Shown: positions 1 to 8,849 of the stretch, in pieces
Numbering within the stretch: position 1 is the stretch's first letter
Layout: each line of letters opens with the position of its first letter
DNA from: an uncultured Francisella sp.
GTDB lineage: Bacteria > Pseudomonadota > Gammaproteobacteria > Burkholderiales > Neisseriaceae
Reading direction: 5' to 3'
DNA length: 25,887 nt
NCBI GenBank assembly: GCA_905373555.1
Contig: CAJPTP010000001.1
Span: 1-25,887, forward strand
Program-made: the position numbers and the translations under genes
The notes under the pieces: model-generated
What the model was told of the DNA's origin: nothing
What the model saw: only the letters and a program-made list of their open reading frames with translations
Databases searched by the model: none

Positions 1-521
1 ATGTAAAACCCCTGGCCCAAGGCAAAAAGGACAAAAAACCCCATGACGCCGAAGGTCTTGTAATTGACCCACAGCTTGTCGTCGCCCGGCCAGTTGTACA
101 CGACAAACAAATTCATCCCCGCCAAGAACAGGAAGAAGATCATCCAAGCGGCGTTCAGACGCCTCCAGACGCCCGGATCCATTTGGATCTCGCCGCCGAT
201 GAGCAGCTGCAGGGCGTTCTTTTTGTCCTTGCGCAGCCTGCCCGTGACGGCGAACGCCGCCGCGAACAGCAAATACACCAGCGTCGCCTTCCACTTGATG
301 TAAATCGGATCTTTGAGCAGGATCGTGAGCGAGCCGAACACCACGATCAGCGCCGTGGCCCCGATTTGCACGGGCTCCAGCTTTTTTTCGCGCGCGTAAA
401 CGAAGACCGCCTGCGCCACGCCCGCGACAACGGCCACAATCGTCGCGACTCTGATGTCGCCGCTGATGTAAAACGCGGCGAAAAACAGAATCAGCGAAAA
501 GAAATCCAAAACAATCTTCAT
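1..521 (-). CDS. yciB: Intracellular septation protein A (YciB/IspZ family), 3'-partial (runs off the left edge)
   Basis: Not in the ORF track; translated by hand from ATG 521 (GGAG upstream): MKIVLDFFSLILFFAAFYISGDIRVAT...LIVVFGSLTILLKDPIYIKWKATLVYLLFA...VWRRLNAAWMIFFLFLAGMNLFVVYN...WVNYKTFG. The IKWKxT and WVNxKxFG motifs are typical of YciB. Confidence 0.93.
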   Translation of the reverse strand, partial: MKIVLDFFSLILFFAAFYISGDIRVATIVAVVAGVAQAVFVYAREKKLEPVQIGATALIVVFGSLTILLKDPIYIKWKATLVYLLFAAAFAVTGRLRKDKKNALQLLIGGEIQMDPGVWRRLNAAWMIFFLFLAGMNLFVVYNWPGDDKLWVNYKTFGVMGFFVLFALGQGFY

Positions 522-998
522 AAGCGCTCCAAACGCGCGCCGGCGCAAAACGGCCGCCCGCGGCGCGGGGCGCTTGGGCTCGGCGACGGCCCAAGCAAAG
601 GGCGGCCTCAAGCCCGGCCCCAATGCGACGCCGAGACAACGGGAACGGGAATTGAAACAGAAACAACCAAGAGACAAAGCAAAGAGAAAGTTTGCAAGAA
701 GCGTTGATAAAAAAACGCCATAAAAGCATTGCGCCAACATCATTGCCAGCCGCCGCGCCGCACAGGCTCAATGAAAAACAATCCCGGCCCTCAAAGGGCG
801 TCCGGGAGCTTTTCTTTTGATTTTTCAACGACGGCGCAAACAACCCCGAGGGGGATGGCGCCCACGCTTCTTCGATGCTTTCCCAAAAGAAAAAACCGGC
901 GAAACGCCGGATTTTCACGCAAAACTCATTTTCGGCCAAATTCCCCCGGCTTGGCTTGCGCCAAGGGCCCGCAACGCCGGGCCGCTTGGGGGCGAAGG

Positions 999-1022
999 GG
1001 CTTGGGCGGATCCGCCCAAGCC
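999..1022. repeat. Perfect 24-bp palindrome just downstream of gap
   Basis: GGCTTGGGCGGA|TCCGCCCAAGCC, about 25 bp past the gap stop codon; possible 3'-stabilising or terminating stem. Confidence 0.7.
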
Positions 1023-1045
1023 GGCCCCAAACCCAATCCGCGCGC

Positions 1046-2089
1046 TCAAGCCAAGCCGACGCCCAAGGCGACGGGCTTGAAATCCAAGCCGAACATCGCC
1101 CGCGCGGTGTTGAGCATCTGGCACGAAAAGCCCCACTCGTTGTCATACCAAGCCAAAATCTTGGCCATGCCGTCGCCGATGACGCGGGTTTGCGTGGCGT
1201 CGAAGATCGAGCCGTAAGGGGTGTGGTTGAAGTCCGTCGACACCAAAGGCTCGTCGCTGTAAGCCAAAACGCCCGCCAAGGGGCCGCTTTGGGAGGCGGC
1301 CTTCATCGCGTCGTTGATCGCCTCGACGCCGGCGGGCCGGCTTGGAACGAAGGTCAGATCGACCATCGAGACGTTGATCACGGGCACGCGCACGGCGAAG
1401 CCGTCCATCTTGCCCTTCAGCTGCGGCAGCACCAAGCCCACCGCCTTGGCGGCGCCGGTTTTGGTGGGGATGATGTTTTGCGCCCCCGAGCGGGCGCGGC
1501 GCAGATCCTTGTGGCGCACGTCGATCAAAGTTTGGTCGTTGGTGAAGGCATGCACCGTGGTCATGAGGCCCTTCTCGACGCCGAAGGCGTCGACCAAGAC
1601 CTTCGCCGCGGGCGCGAGGCAGTTGGTCGTGCACGAGGCGTTGGACACGATGCGCATGCCCTCGGTCAAAACGCCGTGGTTCACGCCGTAAACGACGGTC
1701 GCGTCGACCTCGCCCTTGGCGGGGGCCGAAATCAGAACCTTTTTGGCCCCGTTTTTCAGATGCGTTTGGCACTTTTCGGCCGACACGTTGTCGCCCGTGC
1801 ACTCCATCACCAAATCGACGCCGTAATCGCCCCACTTGCATTGCTCAATGGGCAGCCTGTCAAGGAAGGGAATCTTGCGCCCGTCGATGATCAGGCTCTG
1901 CGCGTCATGCTCGACGCGGCGGCCGAAAATCCCATGGACGGTGTCGCGCTTGGTGAGCAGGGCATTGACCTCCACCCCGCCCGAGCCGTTGATCGCGACG
2001 ACCTGCAGCGTGTCTTGCAGGCCGTATTCGTAAATGGCGCGCAAAATCTGGCGGCCGATGCGCCCGTAACCGTTGATCGCGATTCTCAT
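1046..2089 (-). CDS. gap: Type I glyceraldehyde-3-phosphate dehydrogenase (Neisseria GapA-1-like)
   Basis: INGYGRIGR Rossmann motif, SNASCTTNCLAP catalytic motif, WYDNEWGFS. AGGAG RBS upstream. The DVRHKDLRRARSG and FSCQMLNTAR segments match my recollection of Neisseria GapA-1. Confidence 0.96.
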   Translation of the reverse strand: MRIAINGYGRIGRQILRAIYEYGLQDTLQVVAINGSGGVEVNALLTKRDTVHGIFGRRVEHDAQSLIIDGRKIPFLDRLPIEQCKWGDYGVDLVMECTGDNVSAEKCQTHLKNGAKKVLISAPAKGEVDATVVYGVNHGVLTEGMRIVSNASCTTNCLAPAAKVLVDAFGVEKGLMTTVHAFTNDQTLIDVRHKDLRRARSGAQNIIPTKTGAAKAVGLVLPQLKGKMDGFAVRVPVINVSMVDLTFVPSRPAGVEAINDAMKAASQSGPLAGVLAYSDEPLVSTDFNHTPYGSIFDATQTRVIGDGMAKILAWYDNEWGFSCQMLNTARAMFGLDFKPVALGVGLA

Positions 2090-2212
2090 CCTGACTCCTT
2101 GATTTGTTTGCCGCGTTGCAGCTCAGATTTCGTTTCCGGGCGCGCCGGCCGCCGCGCCAAGCGCCGGCCGGCCTTGCCCGCCCCTTGCCTTGACGTGTCT
2201 TGGGCCCGTCGC

Positions 2213-2980
2213 TTAGGCGCGCAAAAACGCCGAGCACACCGGGCAGCGCTTGTCCTTGCGCACGGAGTAATCGACCGTCGTGTTGCGGCTCAAGTCGAAA
2301 ATCCGAAGCTTCCCCTCCAAATTGAGCTTGGATCCCACCAAAAGCCGCAGCGCCTCGTTGGCCTGCATCGCCCCCACCATCGCCACCAAGGGCGACCACA
2401 CGGCCGTGGGGCCGGAGGGGGAGCCCGAAACGGCCGCGTCGAACTTCGCCGCCGAGGGAAAAAGGCACGCGTAGCACGGCGAAAAGGGATCTTTGAAATT
2501 GAACAGCGTGAGCTGCCCCGTGAAGTAGGCCACCGCCCCGAACACCAAAGGCACCTTGTACATGCAGCACGCCTCGTTGATGGCGGCGCGCGAGCCCACG
2601 TTGTCGGTGCAGTCGAGCACGACGTCGTTGCCCGGGATCAGCGTGGAAAGCGTCCGCTCATCCAAACGGCGGCGAACGGGCACGAGCCTGACCTCGCTGT
2701 TGAGCGCCCGCAGCCGATCGGCCATGGCCTCAACCTTCGGCCGGCCGACGTCGGCCTCGCCGTAGGCGATTTGCCGCGCCAGATTGCTTTCCTCGACCAA
2801 GTCCTCGTCGGCGAACGTGAGCTTGCCCACGCCCGCGGCGACCAACAGCGGCAAAACGGTCGAGCCCAAGCCGCCGCAGCCCACGACCAGCGCCTTGCCG
2901 CGGCGGATCTTCGCGACCCCATCCGGCCCAATCCCGTCCAACAGCTCATGCCTGTGGTAACGACCGGAATCGTATTCCAT
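2213..2980 (-). CDS. HesA/MoeB/ThiF family adenylyltransferase
   Basis: RYHRH..L, VVGCGGLGS, DxDxVEESNLARQ, DCTDN and two Zn-binding CxxC motifs (CYAC, CPVC). Strong GGAGGAG RBS; TAGAAT -10-like hexamer at 3020-3025 (minus). Confidence 0.92.
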   Translation of the reverse strand: MEYDSGRYHRHELLDGIGPDGVAKIRRGKALVVGCGGLGSTVLPLLVAAGVGKLTFADEDLVEESNLARQIAYGEADVGRPKVEAMADRLRALNSEVRLVPVRRRLDERTLSTLIPGNDVVLDCTDNVGSRAAINEACCMYKVPLVFGAVAYFTGQLTLFNFKDPFSPCYACLFPSAAKFDAAVSGSPSGPTAVWSPLVAMVGAMQANEALRLLVGSKLNLEGKLRIFDLSRNTTVDYSVRKDKRCPVCSAFLRA

Positions 2981-3074
2981 GTTCTCCTCCTCGCCGCCGC
3001 CCGGATCGGGGCGCCCTTGATTCTATCGCGGGCCGCCGGATTCCGCCCCCAAGCGGCGCGCGGCTCGGGCAGGA

Positions 3075-6000
3075 TCAAAGCAGCACCTGCTCCACGCCGT
3101 TGCCCTCGACCACGCCCTTGACGTAGGCGTCTTGCCAGTTTTCGCCCAAGATTCGGCGCGCCATCTCGATCACGATGTAATCGGCCTCGACGGGAACGTC
3201 GTTGCGGTAGCGCGACAAGCCTTGAAGGCAGGCGGGGCAGGTGGTGAGAATCTTGACCCGCTTGCCGCCTTGGCCCGCGGCGGCGGCGATGGCGCGGGCG
3301 CCCGTTTCCTTGTCGCGCGCGACGTCGTAATAGTTCACCGCGTCGGAAATGCGCCGCTTCAGCGGGCAAACGCCCGCCGACCGATCCATCCCCGTTGCGC
3401 CTTGGCCCGCCTCGGAAGCGGCGCCGGGCGCAGCGGGCGCCCGGGCGGCGGCGTAGGCGGGATCCCGATCCATTTTCTCGATCAGCCCCGAACGAACGGC
3501 GCCCAAATTCGCCAAGTTGGACATGATCTCCTCTTGCTTGCGGAACTTCACCTGCGTCGCGACGTCAGGCCGCGACACCGCGAACGAGCCCGACTCGCCG
3601 CAGCAGCGGTCGGACAGCGTCACGCCGTCGCCCAACAGCCCGCGCACGACGTTCATCGGCGCCGTGGTTTTGATGGGGCTGTGGCAGGGGTCGTGGTACA
3701 GGTAGGGCGGCGCGGCCTCGGCCTTGCCCGCGCCCGCGCCCCCGGCTTTCCCGGGCGCCAAGCTCACGCCTTTTTCCAGAAGGTACTCGTGGATGTCCAA
3801 AATCCGGCAGCCCGGGAAAATCAGGTCGAAGCGGTACTTGGACAAGGCGTCGTGGCAGGTGCCGCAGCTGACCAAGACTGTTTTGATGTCCAAATAGTTC
3901 AGCGTGGTGGACACGCGATGGAACAGCACCCGGTTGCGGGTGACGATCCTTTGGGCGGTTTCCTTGTCGCCCGACGCCTCTTGGGGATAGCCGCAGCACA
4001 GATACCCCGGAGGCAGCACGGCGGTCGAGCCCACTTTCCACAGCATCGCCAAAACCGCGAGCGAGATTTGGCTGAACAGGCGCTCCGAGCCGCATCCCGG
4101 GAAATAAAACACCGCCTCGCCGTCCTCCCTTTTGGGGTCGCGGATCACCGGAATGCGCGTGTTGTCCTCGATCCCGAAAATCTGCCGAACGGTTTTGGCG
4201 GGCGCGCGCGCGGGCAAGGGCCGGTTGACGAAGTGGATGGTCTGCTCGACGATCCCCGGTCTCCGCGCCGTGGCCTTGGGCCGCGTCTTTTGCGCCTCCA
4301 CGGCGCCTTTGGCCAAAACGCCCGCGACGCGAACGCCGAAATTCTGGGCGGGGAAGCCCGCTTGGGCGACCGCCAGGCGCCAAGCCTTGACGGCCTTGGG
4401 GTCGGTCGCGTTCAAAAAGCCCTTGGCCATGGCCGAGGGCAAGCCGGAGCGGAGTTGGCCCGCGACTTTCAAAAAGTCGCGGATCTCGACCGACACGTCG
4501 CCGAAGTCGATCTTCACGGGGCAGGGCTTCACGCAGCGATGGCACACGGTGCAGTGGTCGGAAATCTCGTTGAGCTCCTTGAAGTGCAGCAGCGACACGC
4601 CGCGCCGGGTTTGCTCCTCGTACAAGAAGGCCTCGGCCAAAACGCCCACGGCCAAGATCTTGTTGCGGGGGCTGCACAGCAGGTTCGCGCGCGGGACGTG
4701 GGTGGAGCACACGGGCTTGCACTTGCCGCAGCGCAGGCAGTTTTTCACCATGCGGGTGATGTTGCCCAGGCGGCTGCGCTCCAAAATCAGCGACTCGGCG
4801 CCCAGCAGCTCAAACGAGGGCGTGTAGGCCCGGCTCAAATCGACCCCGCGGCGCAGCTTGCCGCGGTTGAAAAAGTCGTTCGGGTCGACCTGTTTTTTGT
4901 ACTCCCAGTAGCGGCTCAAATCCTCGTCTTGGAGGTAGTTGATTTTGGTCAGCCCGATCCCGTGCTCGCCCGAAATGACGCCGCCCAGCTCGCGCGACAT
5001 TTTCATCACGCGGTCGACCACGGCGTGCGCGGTCGAAAGCATCTCATAGTCGTCGGAGTTGACGGGGATGTTGGTGTGCACGTTGCCGTCGCCCGCGTGC
5101 ATGTGCAGGGCGACGAAGACGCGCCCGCGCACGACGCTCGCATGGATCTCGGCAAGCTTGCGCAAAATCGGCTCGTCGGTCTTGGCGCTGAAGATCTCCG
5201 ACAGCGGCGCCATCAGGTCGCGCTTGACCGACACGCGGATCAGAAAATCGCGCATGCACTGAAAAAGCGCGCCGTCGAGCTTGCGCCCGGGCTGCTCCAA
5301 GCCGACCTCGCCGTAACGGTCGAGATAGGCGCCGATGGGGCTGTCGAGATGGCCCAGCATCCACGCCCAGCGCTCGCGCACGGTCTCGACGCAATCGACC
5401 GCGTGGTTGCCGCGCTCGCCCAAAATGACCTTGGTCGAAAGATCCTCGCCCATCTTGTCCACGGGCAGCTTGCCGCCCAAGATCGGCAGCAGCCTGTCGC
5501 ACAGCTTGAGCTTGTTTTTGATCGACAGCTCGATGTTGATGCGCTCGATCCCGTCGGAGTAATCGCCCAAGCGCGGCAGCGGGATCACGACGTCCTCGTT
5601 GATCTTGAAGGCGTTGGTGTGGCGGGCGATCGCGGCCGTGCGCGAGCGGTCGAGCCAAAACGCCTTGCGCTGATCGGGCGTGACGGCCACAAAGGCGTCG
5701 CCGTCGCGGGCGCGGGCGATTTGCCCGATGCGCTCGCAGGCTTGCTCCAAGCTCGGCTCGTCGTCGGACACGACGTCGGCCAGCAGCACCATCTTCGGCC
5801 GGCCCCGGCCCGCGGCCTTGGTCGCGTAGCCCACGGCGCGCACGTAGCGCCAATCCATGTGCTCCAAGCCCGCGAGGCTCACGGTCGCGTGGTTGAGCAA
5901 ATAGTCGCGGATCTCGACGATCGCGGGGGTCGCGACGGCGACGGTGCCGAAAAACTCCATGCACACCGTGCGAATGTGCTTGGGCGCCCGGTGAAGAATG

Positions 6001-7166
6001 AAAGTGGCGGAGGTGATGATCCCGTCGGTGCCCTCTTTTTGCGCGCCCGGCACCCCCGCCAAAAACTTGTCGGTGACATCCTTGCCCAACCCCGTTTTGC
6101 GAAAGCGGGCCCCGGGCGCCTCGATGCGGCGGGTGCTGACGACGGTCTCGCCGTCGTCGGCGAGCTCATGGATGTCGAACACCGCCTTGTCGACGGTGTG
6201 GATCTTGCCGAAGTTGTGCCCCACGCGCTCGACGCGCATCCATTTGCCGTCGGCGCCGACCATTTTCCAAGACAGCAGGTTGTCCAAGGTCGTGCCCCAC
6301 AGCACGGCTTTCTTGCCGCCCGCGTTCATGGCGATGTTGCCGCCCACGCATGAGGCGTCGGCCGACGTGGGGTCGACGCCGAACACCAGCCCGGCGCGCG
6401 CCCCCGCCTCCTCCAGCCGGCGGGTCACGACGCCCGCGCCCGCGTGCAGCACGGGATGCAGGCCCTCCAAGCCCGGCAGCTTTTCCCACACGGCCTCTTG
6501 GAATAAATCCAGCTTTTCGGTGTTGATCACGCAGCACAGCGGATCCAAGGGGATCGCCCCGCCCGTGTAGCCCGTGCCGCCGCCGCGCGGCAGCATGCTC
6601 ACGCCCATGGCCATGAGCTCGCGGACGATCCCCAGCACCTCGCTTTCCTTGTCCGGCGCGATCACCGCGAAGGGATACTCCACGCGCCAGTCCGTCGCGT
6701 CGGTCACGTGCGACACGCGCGAGAGCCCGTCGAACAGAATGTTGCCGGGGGCGGTGTGCTTGGACAGCGCCGCGACGAGCTCCTTGCGCCTTTGGGCGGT
6801 GAACTCGAAATGGGAGCGGAACCGGTCCACCGCCTCGGTCGCGCGCTGAACCAGCGTGTCGACGTCCTTGTTGCCGTCCTTGCGCTTGACGATCTCGTCG
6901 ATGCGGTGGCGCATCTCGCGAATCAGCATGTCCAGCCGCTGCGGATGCACAAGCAAATCGTCCTCGAGGTAGGGGTTGCGCCGCACCGCCCAGATATCCC
7001 CCAGCACCTCGAACAGCATGCGCGCCGAGCGGCCGGTGCGCCGTTGGGCGCGCAGTTTTTCGGACAGATCCCAAAAGTCCTCGCCCACCAGGCGAACGAC
7101 AATTTCCCGATCCGAAAAAGAGGTGAAGTTGTACGGGATTTCCCGTATCGAGCGGTTTTCGTTCAT
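3075..7166 (-). CDS. DUF3683-domain FAD-linked oxidase / 4Fe-4S / CCG-domain oxidoreductase
   Basis: N-terminal REIPYNFTSFSDREIV; FAD-binding PRGGGTGYTGG and GGNIAMNAGG; HAGDGNVH and SGEHGIG; ferredoxin motifs CLRCGKCKPVC and CTVCHRCVKPCP; CCG motifs (CCGYP, CCGESG, CPAC). Start moved to ATG 7166 (MNENR). Confidence 0.93.
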   Translation of the reverse strand: MNENRSIREIPYNFTSFSDREIVVRLVGEDFWDLSEKLRAQRRTGRSARMLFEVLGDIWAVRRNPYLEDDLLVHPQRLDMLIREMRHRIDEIVKRKDGNKDVDTLVQRATEAVDRFRSHFEFTAQRRKELVAALSKHTAPGNILFDGLSRVSHVTDATDWRVEYPFAVIAPDKESEVLGIVRELMAMGVSMLPRGGGTGYTGGAIPLDPLCCVINTEKLDLFQEAVWEKLPGLEGLHPVLHAGAGVVTRRLEEAGARAGLVFGVDPTSADASCVGGNIAMNAGGKKAVLWGTTLDNLLSWKMVGADGKWMRVERVGHNFGKIHTVDKAVFDIHELADDGETVVSTRRIEAPGARFRKTGLGKDVTDKFLAGVPGAQKEGTDGIITSATFILHRAPKHIRTVCMEFFGTVAVATPAIVEIRDYLLNHATVSLAGLEHMDWRYVRAVGYATKAAGRGRPKMVLLADVVSDDEPSLEQACERIGQIARARDGDAFVAVTPDQRKAFWLDRSRTAAIARHTNAFKINEDVVIPLPRLGDYSDGIERINIELSIKNKLKLCDRLLPILGGKLPVDKMGEDLSTKVILGERGNHAVDCVETVRERWAWMLGHLDSPIGAYLDRYGEVGLEQPGRKLDGALFQCMRDFLIRVSVKRDLMAPLSEIFSAKTDEPILRKLAEIHASVVRGRVFVALHMHAGDGNVHTNIPVNSDDYEMLSTAHAVVDRVMKMSRELGGVISGEHGIGLTKINYLQDEDLSRYWEYKKQVDPNDFFNRGKLRRGVDLSRAYTPSFELLGAESLILERSRLGNITRMVKNCLRCGKCKPVCSTHVPRANLLCSPRNKILAVGVLAEAFLYEEQTRRGVSLLHFKELNEISDHCTVCHRCVKPCPVKIDFGDVSVEIRDFLKVAGQLRSGLPSAMAKGFLNATDPKAVKAWRLAVAQAGFPAQNFGVRVAGVLAKGAVEAQKTRPKATARRPGIVEQTIHFVNRPLPARAPAKTVRQIFGIEDNTRIPVIRDPKREDGEAVFYFPGCGSERLFSQISLAVLAMLWKVGSTAVLPPGYLCCGYPQEASGDKETAQRIVTRNRVLFHRVSTTLNYLDIKTVLVSCGTCHDALSKYRFDLIFPGCRILDIHEYLLEKGVSLAPGKAGGAGAGKAEAAPPYLYHDPCHSPIKTTAPMNVVRGLLGDGVTLSDRCCGESGSFAVSRPDVATQVKFRKQEEIMSNLANLGAVRSGLIEKMDRDPAYAAARAPAAPGAASEAGQGATGMDRSAGVCPLKRRISDAVNYYDVARDKETGARAIAAAAGQGGKRVKILTTCPACLQGLSRYRNDVPVEADYIVIEMARRILGENWQDAYVKGVVEGNGVEQVLL

Positions 7167-7509
7167 TTTCGTCCATCGGGCGGCGCAAGCCGCCCCCAAG
7201 GCGCGGCGACAAAGCGAGCCGCGCAAAAAACGGGCGCCGCGCGGCAAAGCGCCGCAGGCGCAACCGGCTCATCTTGCAACAAATGAGAAAAAAATGAAGC
7301 CCATCCGGTCAAGGGAAGGGCAAAAAGACGCAAAGCGAACCCGGCTCGCCGCGGCGCGGGGCCTCGGCGCGAGGCGCGAAAGCCGGACGCCCGCGGTTCG
7401 GGCGCAGGGCGCGCGCCTTTCCGGCGCGCCCCCCCAAGGCGCGCCCAAGGCGCGGCCAAGCGATCGGCGCGTCTTGGGCGCCTTGGGCTCGCCGATCCGC
7501 CCGCGGCGG

Positions 7510-7526
7510 AATTATTAATTATAATT
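7510..7526. promoter_or_regulatory. AT-only island with overlapping TATAAT on both strands; likely divergent -10 elements
   Basis: AATTATTAATTATAATT inside an otherwise very GC-rich spacer between divergently transcribed genes. Confidence 0.55.
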
Positions 7527-7638
7527 GGCGCCGGGCGCCTTTGCCCCAAAGACGCCTCGGCGAGGCTCGGCCCGCCGCACTCGAACCCGCTTTGGCCCAA
7601 GCCGCGCCGGGCCGATCGGCCAATTTTTCGGTTAGCCC

Positions 7639-8736
7639 ATGTCGTCCCAGCAACCCCCAAGCGACGCCCGACGCGATCCCGCGCGCTCGGCCTCGCGCTC
7701 GATTTTGTCCCTTTTTGCCGCCCTGCGATGGGTCTGGCTAAGCTTGCTGTTCGTCACGGCCGCTTTCGCCTTGGGCTACGGCTTCGAATACGCCGCGGTC
7801 GCGCGCCACTTTTTCCCGATCCCCGAGCCCCAAGCCATTGAAGAGGAAACCGGCGTTTTGGTGCCCTACGAGGCGGTTGAGCAAGCGGGCGGAGTCGGAG
7901 CGGGCGACAAGCTGCGGCCAAGCCAAGCGCCAAGCGGCGCCGCGCGCTACCTGGGCTTTCACGTCAAAGACGGCCAAGGCCGCTACAAAAGCGTGTATTG
8001 CGACTTTCCCTCGCCCGACGCCCTGAAAACCTTCGGCCAAGACATAGGCGAAAGAAGCCCCGACAAAAACAAGCCCAAGCAAAGCCTGAGCTTGGAAAAC
8101 GAGCTCAACACCTGCGACTGGCTGTACGAGCGCTTCGCGGCGCTGTCCAACTGCCCCGAATGCGGCCGCAACCTGTCGCGCGCCTACGGCAAGAGCGTCG
8201 CGTTCAAGGAAAACGGCAAGGGCATTTTGCTGGAGATGAAGGTGGACGGCGCCGTGAGCCTGCCTTACGACGTCGCCCGCGGCGCCTACGAGGAGCTGCG
8301 CTTCGACATGGGCTCCCGGGCGCTGCGTTGGATCGCCTTGACGCTGTGCATGGCGATTCTCTCCGCCTACGCCTTCCACTTCCACCGCTTCTACGCCCAA
8401 CCCGAGGACGAGAGCAAAAACGAGGGCGGGAACGTGAACAGGGCAAAGGGCAAAGGAAAAGGCAAGGGCGAGTCCCCTGCCGCAGCCGCGCAAGAGGCCG
8501 CCCAAGGCCAAACAGGGGCGCAGAGCCCCGCCCCAAGCCAAGCCGCCCGGGCCCAAGGCGGCGAAGCGGGCGAAAAGGACGCAAAAGCCGAGGCCGACGA
8601 AGCCGGCAAAACGGGCGAAGCCGAGAAAGCCAACGAAAATGAGGCGACGGCCAAAGAGGCGACTGCAGAAGAGGGCGGCAAGGGCCAAGGCCAAAACGGC
8701 GGGAACGAATCCGGCGCCAAAGGCGAAAGCGATTGA
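7639..8736 (+). CDS. Hypothetical membrane protein (two TM segments flanking a Cys-containing domain, charged low-complexity tail)
   Basis: Genome-typical codon usage; hydrophobic segments WVWLSLLFVTAAFALGYG and WIALTLCMAILSAYAF; fills the gap before pcm. No family recognised. Confidence 0.75.
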   Translation: MSSQQPPSDARRDPARSASRSILSLFAALRWVWLSLLFVTAAFALGYGFEYAAVARHFFPIPEPQAIEEETGVLVPYEAVEQAGGVGAGDKLRPSQAPSGAARYLGFHVKDGQGRYKSVYCDFPSPDALKTFGQDIGERSPDKNKPKQSLSLENELNTCDWLYERFAALSNCPECGRNLSRAYGKSVAFKENGKGILLEMKVDGAVSLPYDVARGAYEELRFDMGSRALRWIALTLCMAILSAYAFHFHRFYAQPEDESKNEGGNVNRAKGKGKGKGESPAAAAQEAAQGQTGAQSPAPSQAARAQGGEAGEKDAKAEADEAGKTGEAEKANENEATAKEATAEEGGKGQGQNGGNESGAKGESD

Positions 8737-8849
8737 CAAGGCGTTTCGCCAAACGGCACGGATTGACGCAACGCATGGCGCCGCGGCGCGCGGCGCGTTA
8801 GAATCGCGCCGCTTGGGATCGCCCGGGCGCCGCCCGAAAAGGATGGGAA

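Noticed and set aside
64..707. Plus-strand ORFs 64..303 and 183..707
   Set aside because: They overlap the real minus-strand yciB gene.
3132..6353. 1073-aa plus-strand ORF, and similar long ORFs such as 875..3121, 8391..10373, 15126..16760, 19785..21551 and 23492..24838
   Set aside because: Antisense shadows of well-supported genes; high-GC codon usage removes stops on the opposite strand, and the translations carry no recognisable motifs.
7315..7390. GGGCAAA...GACGCAAAGC resembling a c-di-GMP-I riboswitch
   Set aside because: The intervening GNRA-capped stem is missing, so the two words are almost adjacent; most likely chance.
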